Origin: Bdellovibrionales bacterium
GTDB taxonomy: Bacteria > Pseudomonadota > Alphaproteobacteria > UBA2400
Length of the DNA stretch: 64,000 nucleotides
Reading direction: 5' to 3'
Assembly (NCBI GenBank): GCA_039808765.1
Contig: JBDHTQ010000001.1
Location: forward strand, 67,683 to 131,682
Position numbers and translations under genes: made by a program. The notes beneath the pieces were generated by a model that was given only the letters and a program-made list of their open reading frames with translations, ran no database searches and was not told the origin of the DNA. This document shows positions 57,417-64,000 of the stretch, piece after piece. Position 1 is the first letter of the stretch. Each line of letters begins with the position of its first letter.

Positions 57417-57884
57417 ATGGGAAAAAAATCTAAATCCAAGAAGTCTAATCGCTCACTTCTCCTTGTTCTTGTAATGCTGGGCGTTTGGCAAATGCCATAT
57501 ACATTTGTCATTCTTTGTGGGCTGTTACCCAGCGGCGTTGTTTGGCTTATCGATCGCGGCCACTCCAAACTTACCGCAGTGACGATTGCAGCGATGAACG
57601 GAATCGCGTTGGTGCCGATCTTAATCCATCTTTGGGATCAAGGAGGTGGCATGACAGCTGCAATGAGTTTAATGGGATCAACTATAAATTGGGTTTTGAT
57701 CCTTCTTGCTGTCATTGTTGGATGGTCGTTTGCGCAAGGCGTCCCAAATTTTGTTGTCAGTATTATTCTTAACCGTGAACGCGCCCACATTAAACGTATG
57801 AAAGAAGGTCAGCGCCTGCTTATTGAAGAGTGGGGCGATGACGTTGCTGATGGGTTTGAAAAACCCAATTTTCCAAGCAAATGA
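57417..57884 (+). CDS. 4-TM membrane protein
   Basis: It starts 15 nt after the pseudokinase stop and has four hydrophobic helices and a charged C-terminal tail. Confidence 0.5.
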   Translation: MGKKSKSKKSNRSLLLVLVMLGVWQMPYTFVILCGLLPSGVVWLIDRGHSKLTAVTIAAMNGIALVPILIHLWDQGGGMTAAMSLMGSTINWVLILLAVIVGWSFAQGVPNFVVSIILNRERAHIKRMKEGQRLLIEEWGDDVADGFEKPNFPSK

Positions 57885-57992
57885 CTATAAGGTATTATAA
57901 AATTAAAAATCTTTATGACTTAATTTTTTATTCATCAGTAATCCCTTAATATGTTATGGTTGTGGTCCATATGGGACGGGGAGGGTATTGTT

Positions 57993-60530
57993 ATGTTTTT
58001 CCGTTTTTTTAAGAGTGATTTAACTCAATCTCATTCAGAAAAAAATAACAAAACCTTTTTTCGTGATCAAAGTGGCGCCTTTGTTATTCTTTTTGCCTTC
58101 CTGCTTGTGCCTTTGATCGCTGCTGTTGGGTTTGCTGTTGATTCAGCGCGCGGTTTTGCTGTTCGCTCGCACCTGCAGTCATCGTTGGATTCTGCAGCTC
58201 TTGTCGGGGTTAAATATTTCAATAATAATCCTCAAGAACGCGATCAGATGATCCATGATTACTTTTATGCCAATTGGCGAGCCAATTATCATAACAGCCG
58301 TGATATTCCCGATACTGATCTTCATATCGTTGCCAATTATGTTGATCCCGTAAGCCAACAGGAAATGAAACTTTTAGTGAGCGCAACTGTAGAAGTTCCC
58401 ACCGTTCTCATGCGCATTTTTAATGCCACATACGCGGGGGCTAGCGGACCGAACCTCATGAAGGTCGGGGGGCGATCCGGGACAGAACTACCTGACGTCG
58501 ATACCACGTTTGAAGTCGCTTTGGCGCTTGATACAACTGCTTCAATGAATACGACGATGAGCAACGGCCAACGTCGTATTGATTCGATGAAAGCCCGCGC
58601 AAAAGAATTCGTCAATCAACTCTTTACAGTTGAAGGCGCACTGACCGATGTGTCAGACGTGCTCAACGTAAGCGTTGTGCCATTTACCAGCGTGGTGAAC
58701 GTGGGGACACAACATCAAAGCTTCTTGGCAGCTAACTCACTCAATAATATTGTTTGGGATTTTCCTAAAAATTCTACTCCCTATAATTCATGGCGGGGCT
58801 GCATGTTTGAGCGTGCCTATTATGAAGATGGCTCTGGTTATCAAGGCAATGACATGACGGATGCTAGCCCGGATACCGAAAAATTTTGGCCATATCATGT
58901 TAATTATCCTCAAGTGCAAGCGTATCAATCATGTCCTGCTGCCCCTGTTCAACCTGGGCAGGGTTGTACACAATTTTGTAACCCTAGTGACCTTGTCACC
59001 GTTCAACAAGATTGTACTTATTATTTGGATGGTATTGCTCACCCAAAAATGTGCCCTTATACCTATTGTACTAATTCACAATGGTCGTGTACCGGTGCTG
59101 CCGGCAGTAGTAGTGGTAGCAGTCGTTGGGTTGAGCCAGGTGAACATCATCCTTGGGAATACGCAGGTGTAAAAAATACATCTGCAACAGGTTATCCTGA
59201 ATGCCCTGTCACAGACCAGCATAATCCCCCCTTGGTCACGCATGGTTTTACGAATGTAACTGGAACTCAATTTACGAATTATACGAGCTCTCCTGGTTTA
59301 AATGTTAAGCCATATGCAGTATTTCAGGATACAAATGGCTTTTATACAGTACATCCGACTGAGGTTGACAATTATCTCGTCTTGTATCTTGGTGCCAATT
59401 TTACCTTTACGGGAAGCTATTTTTACCCTGCTTTGAGAAATATGAGTGCCGTAGCAAACAGAAATCAGAACAACACTTCAGTGTGCTGTTATCCCACAGA
59501 TCATTATGCTATCGGTACTGCACCTATTAAATGGAGTATGGGGGGGCGGTGGATCTATCCGTGGCCTACGAACAGTGGACCTAATAACATTAAGTTTGGT
59601 GGGTATGGAAATTCAGGATGTGGTTTACCATTGCTGCCTCTCACCAACAAGCGCCTTGATATTCTTGCTTCAATTGACAAAATTGATGTGACTAATTACG
59701 TCAAATTGCATGAAGACTACCCCACTGGACAAGGTAATACGTATTATTATGATATCGCTTCATACAACGGTACGATTATCAATGAAGGCCTTGTTTGGGG
59801 ATGGCGCACAATTTCGTCAAAGTGGCAAAATAAATGGAAGTTTGAAAGCGGAACGCCGATCAATTCGGACCTGCCACGTAGCGAAAGCTTAAAGAGTAAC
59901 GTTAAGGCGGTTGTTGTTTTGACCGACGGCTTGAATAACGTGCAATCAGTCGAGTCAGGTTCTCTTTCAGAAACCTCCAATTCTAGCTTTCCTTGGTGGG
60001 TCAAATATATGGTGTCTGCTGATGTTTCAGGGAACATAGATGTTAACTCGCCTGTGAAAGGGAATATTGTGGATGCCGATGCTTCAGCATATGGATACAT
60101 GGCTGATACAGATATCAGTAACGCTCGTCGGCAATTTTGTTTGGTGCGTAAACAATTGCTTGCCGATACCCCTCTACGTAGTTCTGAGGTTATTCTCAAT
60201 ACGTGGGGTTGCCGAGATGTTGATTGTATGATCCGTGATTCATCTGGGCAGTGCACACAGCAATCTAACGCGGCTGGGTTTGGGACGTACTATGATACTC
60301 TTGAACAAAAGCTCAAGACAACCTGTTTGAACATGCGTGCAAAAAACATCCATCCGTACTTTATCCTGTTCGATGTGGATGGGTCAACCTATAAAAATCG
60401 TTTGATGAATACGTTAAATGAGTGTGTAGGGACTTCAGGCGGTGTTTATAGCGCTGATAATGCAAATGCATTAAGTGCAGCATTTGCTGCAATTGCTCAG
60501 TCGATTAGACGCTTGCGCCTAAGCTTATAA
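57993..60530 (+). CDS. TadG-like pilus-associated protein with a vWA domain and a large Cys-rich insert
   Basis: The RBS ggagg lies 8 nt before the ATG at 57993. The Tad_N signature is RDQSGAFVILFAFLLVPLIAAVGFAVDSARG. The MIDAS-like motif is ALDTTASM. WRGCMFERAY, VVVLTDGLNN and YFILFD are also present. Confidence 0.7.
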   Translation: MFFRFFKSDLTQSHSEKNNKTFFRDQSGAFVILFAFLLVPLIAAVGFAVDSARGFAVRSHLQSSLDSAALVGVKYFNNNPQERDQMIHDYFYANWRANYHNSRDIPDTDLHIVANYVDPVSQQEMKLLVSATVEVPTVLMRIFNATYAGASGPNLMKVGGRSGTELPDVDTTFEVALALDTTASMNTTMSNGQRRIDSMKARAKEFVNQLFTVEGALTDVSDVLNVSVVPFTSVVNVGTQHQSFLAANSLNNIVWDFPKNSTPYNSWRGCMFERAYYEDGSGYQGNDMTDASPDTEKFWPYHVNYPQVQAYQSCPAAPVQPGQGCTQFCNPSDLVTVQQDCTYYLDGIAHPKMCPYTYCTNSQWSCTGAAGSSSGSSRWVEPGEHHPWEYAGVKNTSATGYPECPVTDQHNPPLVTHGFTNVTGTQFTNYTSSPGLNVKPYAVFQDTNGFYTVHPTEVDNYLVLYLGANFTFTGSYFYPALRNMSAVANRNQNNTSVCCYPTDHYAIGTAPIKWSMGGRWIYPWPTNSGPNNIKFGGYGNSGCGLPLLPLTNKRLDILASIDKIDVTNYVKLHEDYPTGQGNTYYYDIASYNGTIINEGLVWGWRTISSKWQNKWKFESGTPINSDLPRSESLKSNVKAVVVLTDGLNNVQSVESGSLSETSNSSFPWWVKYMVSADVSGNIDVNSPVKGNIVDADASAYGYMADTDISNARRQFCLVRKQLLADTPLRSSEVILNTWGCRDVDCMIRDSSGQCTQQSNAAGFGTYYDTLEQKLKTTCLNMRAKNIHPYFILFDVDGSTYKNRLMNTLNECVGTSGGVYSADNANALSAAFAAIAQSIRRLRLSL

Positions 60531-60545
60531 AACATTCTCGGTTGA

Positions 60546-60577
60546 TAAAAAAAGGCGCTGAAAGGCGCCTTTTTTTA
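60546..60577. terminator. bidirectional terminator between the convergent TadG-like gene and queG
   Basis: The sequence is AAAAAAGGCGC-tgaaag-GCGCCTTTTTTT. Confidence 0.6.
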
Positions 60578-60595
60578 TTGGTCCTATGAATGACA

Positions 60596-61741
60596 TTATT
60601 TATCGCATAGCCACTCGTTTATCACGTCTGGGTCATTTTCCTGCTTAAGAAATTGTTTTTTGTTATCTTGAACAGCCTGAGGAATGAGTTGTTTTAAAGC
60701 CCAAACGGCCGCGCCTCTTACGAGCGAGGAAGAGTCGGTTAATCGATCAATGACGGATTGTTCAAAAGTTTGGGGATCATTGCTATTGCCGATTGCAATC
60801 AAGACGTTGCGAATAAAACGATCACGGCCGATACGTTTGATGGGCGAACCAGAAAATCGGGCACGAAACTGAGCGTCATCCAACGTGATTAAATCTAGAA
60901 GTGAGGGAAGCGCATTTTCTGGTTTTGGTTTTAAGTCGTCGTGCGAACATGTTTTGGCAAAGCGATTCCAGGGACAAACGGCGAGGCAATCATCGCAGCC
61001 ATAAATACGATTTCCCATCGCTGTACGAAACTCATGTGGGATTGGCCCCTTATGCTCGATGGTCAGATAAGAGATACAACGACGCGCATCAACGTTATAC
61101 GGCGCAACGATGGCACCTGTTGGGCAAATAGAAATGCAGCGTGTACAGCTTCCGCAATGATCAGATTGCGGTACATCAGGATGGAGGGGAAGGGATGTAA
61201 AAATCTCTCCCAAAAAGAGCCATGACCCATATGAACGCGAGACAATGTTTGTATGTTTGCCCATCCATCCGAGCGAGGCTTGTTGTGCAAGAGGTTTTTC
61301 CATCACGGGCGCGGTATCAACAAAAATTTTGACGTCGGTTTTAAATGTTTTTGCGATCCACGTTGCAAACACACGAAGGCGTTTTTTTATCACGTCATGA
61401 TAATCACGGTGGCGAGCATAAACGGAAATATTACCCTGACTTTTAAAAGCTAAATTATCTAAGGGTTGATGGTCCGGACCATAATTAACCCCTACTGTAA
61501 TGATTGAGCGTGCGTCTGGCCACAGTGCTTGAGGATGACTTCGTTGCGCGGCTCTTTCTTTTAGCCAGTTCATGTCGCCTTGCTTTTCGTCTTTCAAAAA
61601 TGATTGCAGGCGATCGTGAGCCTCTGCAGGCAATGTCGCTGAAGTAACCCCTAGGCAGTCAAAACCGAGCGTTAAAGCATACGCACGAATTTCTTCGTCG
61701 GGGGTTTGGTGTGGAGGGGCTTTAGAGCGTTTCATGCTCAC
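60596..61741 (-). CDS. queG: epoxyqueuosine reductase
   Basis: The 4Fe-4S motifs are CGSCTRCISICPTGA and CDDCLAVCPWN. A HEAT-like C-terminus is present. Confidence 0.9.
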   Translation of the reverse strand: MSMKRSKAPPHQTPDEEIRAYALTLGFDCLGVTSATLPAEAHDRLQSFLKDEKQGDMNWLKERAAQRSHPQALWPDARSIITVGVNYGPDHQPLDNLAFKSQGNISVYARHRDYHDVIKKRLRVFATWIAKTFKTDVKIFVDTAPVMEKPLAQQASLGWMGKHTNIVSRSYGSWLFLGEIFTSLPLHPDVPQSDHCGSCTRCISICPTGAIVAPYNVDARRCISYLTIEHKGPIPHEFRTAMGNRIYGCDDCLAVCPWNRFAKTCSHDDLKPKPENALPSLLDLITLDDAQFRARFSGSPIKRIGRDRFIRNVLIAIGNSNDPQTFEQSVIDRLTDSSSLVRGAAVWALKQLIPQAVQDNKKQFLKQENDPDVINEWLCDK

Positions 61742-61964
61742 AATGCGTAAAACGCGGTCGTTTATTGCCCTTGTATTCGATCGTTTCTAAAAACATGGCT
61801 GCTGGACGTACCCATAATTGATTAAGGGGATGCTCGCCTGCATACAAAGCCTGATAGACCACAAGTGTTTCCAATGTTTCACTGTGCAAAGCCGTGCCAA
61901 GAACGCGATATTTATTGCCTTTATAGTGTTGGTAAATTCCTAGCGGGATATTGCTGGATATCAT
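61722..61964 (-). CDS. DUF1653-family small protein
   Basis: The motif [34 protein letters not shown]....WVRP..MF is present. Its stop overlaps the queG start. Confidence 0.6.
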   Translation of the reverse strand: [80 protein letters not shown]

Positions 61965-62203
61965 TATTTTAGTCCGAGGATTGTTCTAACCGCTTCAGCT
62001 CTTATCATGTACATTGTTGCCCGACAAGTGCTTCACATCACCGGAGAATGAGAAAACAAAAAATTATGTTTTCGCATTGAGAGAAAAATTTGTCGTGTGT
62101 TGTGATGAAAATATGCAATTAACTAATTTTTAAGTATTTTGTGTTGTTTGTTCCGCCTGTAATTGGTATTGTCGTCAAGTAATATTCAAAAAAGGTTTTA
62201 AAC

Positions 62204-62776
62204 ATGTCTATATATGATACGGGGATGTTCGCCTCATCAGCCCATACTTCCACACTTGAACAACTTCCCCCCCTACCTGAAGGGACGGATTATAGATGTG
62301 TTCTTAATAATGGGGAGCCTGTTGGTTACAAGCATGAGCGATCAATGCTTCTAGCAGCATTAGCGGTTAGAAAAAAAACTTGTGCAGGGAGCGTTGTAAG
62401 TGATTTTATGAGGATCGCTGAGATCGCAGCCCAGCAGGGAAGTGATGATCTTGCCCTACGTATTGTTGAAAAAGCTCTTCTTGCTTCAGGGAATCCCAAT
62501 GATAATCATGGGAGTGAAATTTTGTTTATGGCATGTGATGTCACAGTTTATGGTACATTATTGAATGGTAAAAGATTCAGGATTGTTATTTTTCATCGGC
62601 CTAATGATCAGGGAGATATTATGGCGATTAATGGTTCTGTTCGCCCCGACCCAAGTCGAGACAGTGCAGTAATGCATGAAAGTAAAGGTTGGGAAATTCG
62701 CAGACAGTTACTATTGGATAGATTAGGGCAGTTAGTAGGGCCGCTAAAACCTCTATATAGCTTGTGTATAACATAA
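62204..62776 (+). CDS. hypothetical protein (ORFan-like), AT-rich locus
   Basis: A 190-aa ORF after a 240-bp very AT-rich spacer. I recognise no family. Confidence 0.4.
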   Translation: MSIYDTGMFASSAHTSTLEQLPPLPEGTDYRCVLNNGEPVGYKHERSMLLAALAVRKKTCAGSVVSDFMRIAEIAAQQGSDDLALRIVEKALLASGNPNDNHGSEILFMACDVTVYGTLLNGKRFRIVIFHRPNDQGDIMAINGSVRPDPSRDSAVMHESKGWEIRRQLLLDRLGQLVGPLKPLYSLCIT

Positions 62777-62853
62777 ACCTGATATTTGCTGGATATGTAC
62801 GAGGTTGTTTGAATGGGTTAGTATGTGTGGTTATTCTATTAAGGAGAAGTGGT

Positions 62854-63324
62854 GTGTTTGGTTTTTCTAGAAGCAGAGCTAGTATCAAGCCTCAAATCGA
62901 CGAAGGGGAACTTGAACTTCATTTGAATAAATTTTTTTCTGCAAAAAACGAAGCGGAGAGTAGGAGTGCGCGTATCGATTTGGCTCAGTTCGGACTTAAC
63001 CATATTGAGTCTCATCCTGTCCGAGCAGCAAGTGCAATGGCGTTCGCCTTAGAAGGTTTAGGATCCTCTGATAATAATAATGTTCGTGGCGTGTTGACAC
63101 GGGATGTTGCTGTTGTGTATTGCCCTAACGATGTACCGGTTGTCGCGTTTCCTGATGGTGAATGGTTTTCTGTTGTAGTGCTTGGGCAAAAAATTATGAA
63201 TCGTGACAGTTTGGATGGGATAACAAGCCAACTATTAGCTCGATTTAATGATATTGTTTCAACTCTGGGTGTTGTAGATTACATTGCTAATGCCACCCTC
63301 CCTGCAGTAAAATTGCGGCTATAA
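62854..63324 (+). CDS. hypothetical protein (ORFan-like), possible distant paralogue of the upstream gene
   Basis: The GTG at 62854 follows an aaggag RBS 7 nt upstream. The segment ALEGLGSSDNNNVRGVLTRDVAVVY resembles ALLASGNPNDNHGSEILFMACDVTVY in 62204..62776. Confidence 0.4.
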   Translation: MFGFSRSRASIKPQIDEGELELHLNKFFSAKNEAESRSARIDLAQFGLNHIESHPVRAASAMAFALEGLGSSDNNNVRGVLTRDVAVVYCPNDVPVVAFPDGEWFSVVVLGQKIMNRDSLDGITSQLLARFNDIVSTLGVVDYIANATLPAVKLRL

Positions 63325-63377
63325 GTTAGCTTTATGATAAAAAAATCGAGCCTCTGACTTTGGAGTACTTGATTTTT

Positions 63378-63992
63378 TTATTTGTCATTCTGAGTTAGTA
63401 TCACCCATAAAAAAGCTGCTGAATGAGTGGCTTCTTCAGGATCTTTCTTGCGATTGAAGATTACGCGTTCAAAGTCTGACTGAATCAAAACACTGCGAAT
63501 AAATTTAACCAGTGGTTGCTCTGTGTCTTTTGATGGAAGTGAATGGCTTATCTCTTCATCAATTGCTTTTAAAAAATACTCGTAAAGTCTCTCCCGCTCA
63601 GATATGAGTGCAGAAGAAGGTGAGAGAAGAAAATTTAATACAATCGACCAAATGCGCGACTGTTCCCTCAAGCTTTCATTGAACGTTGTTATGAAACTCT
63701 CAAAACGAAGAAAGCCTTTTTTACCTTTTGTTGCTTTTTTAAGAGCAAGAAGTAAATTTTCAATTGTGCGATGGCTGATAAGTAAAAGCACTTCGTCTGC
63801 GCTGGAAACAAGATTATACAGATGGCCCACTGAATAGCCCATATGTAGAGCAAGCGTACGCATCGTCAGAGCAGTGGGGCCTTTTTGCACAATAATGGCT
63901 TCAGCTAATGCCAGTAATTTTTCGCGCAAACTTTCTTGATCCAAGCTGTCTTTTCTGCGTGCCACGGTTTGTGCCTCATTCCATTTTCTCAC
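63378..63992 (-). CDS. TetR-family transcriptional regulator
   Basis: The N-terminal HTH is LREKLLALAEAIIVQKGPTALTMRTLALHMGYSVGHLYNLV. Confidence 0.75.
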   Translation of the reverse strand: MRKWNEAQTVARRKDSLDQESLREKLLALAEAIIVQKGPTALTMRTLALHMGYSVGHLYNLVSSADEVLLLISHRTIENLLLALKKATKGKKGFLRFESFITTFNESLREQSRIWSIVLNFLLSPSSALISERERLYEYFLKAIDEEISHSLPSKDTEQPLVKFIRSVLIQSDFERVIFNRKKDPEEATHSAAFLWVILTQNDK

Positions 63993-64000
63993 GTTTATAC

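Overview
This is a 64-kb chromosomal segment that reads like a moderate-GC alphaproteobacterium. All calls come from motif recognition by eye; no searches were run. Lineage markers are a SciP/DUF1153 gene, an NDUFA9-like gene, a GTA-type 3TM holin, rpsF-rpsR-rplI and an LDH-like mdh. tRNA-His keeps an encoded G-1 and C73, which argues against the Rhizobiales/Rhodobacterales/Caulobacterales group. Layout: (i) 1-7.5 kb is the tail-tip end of a siphovirus/GTA-like element: tape-measure C-terminus, tail proteins, an NlpC/P60-like gene, a J-like host-specificity protein, a fibre and a lysis cassette. (ii) 7.5-31 kb is housekeeping: tRNA-His, a dipZ-like gene plus exported msrB, ychF, tRNA-Arg, rpsF-rpsR-rplI, zapE, mdh, trmB, clpP, tig, two tRNA-Leu, lipB and mgtE. 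An orphan TadE-like pair and several hypothetical proteins are interspersed. (iii) 31.8-37 kb is a surface-glycan cluster. (iv) 38.3-48.5 kb is a flagellar hook/rod cluster (sciP-like, flgE, flgD, fliK, flgL, flgB, flgC, fliE) with sigma-54-type promoter motifs. It also holds an unusual operon: a csrA-like gene, an eight-CxxC zinc-finger membrane protein and an FlhB-C-terminal-like gene. (v) 48.7-54.9 kb carries a NYN-domain gene, uppP, murA, infA and ppa. (vi) 55.0-60.5 kb has a 70-bp tandem array followed by a tail-anchored pseudokinase, a 4TM protein and a Cys-rich TadG-type vWA protein. (vii) The end of the window has queG, a DUF1653 gene, an AT-rich tandem ORFan pair and a TetR regulator. 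The strongest candidates for something undescribed are three. First, the csrA-like/zinc-finger/FlhB-like operon. Second, the pseudokinase/4TM/vWA module. Third, a dispersed ~100-bp intergenic repeat family with a conserved 14-nt core, which also forms the tandem array in inverted orientation.
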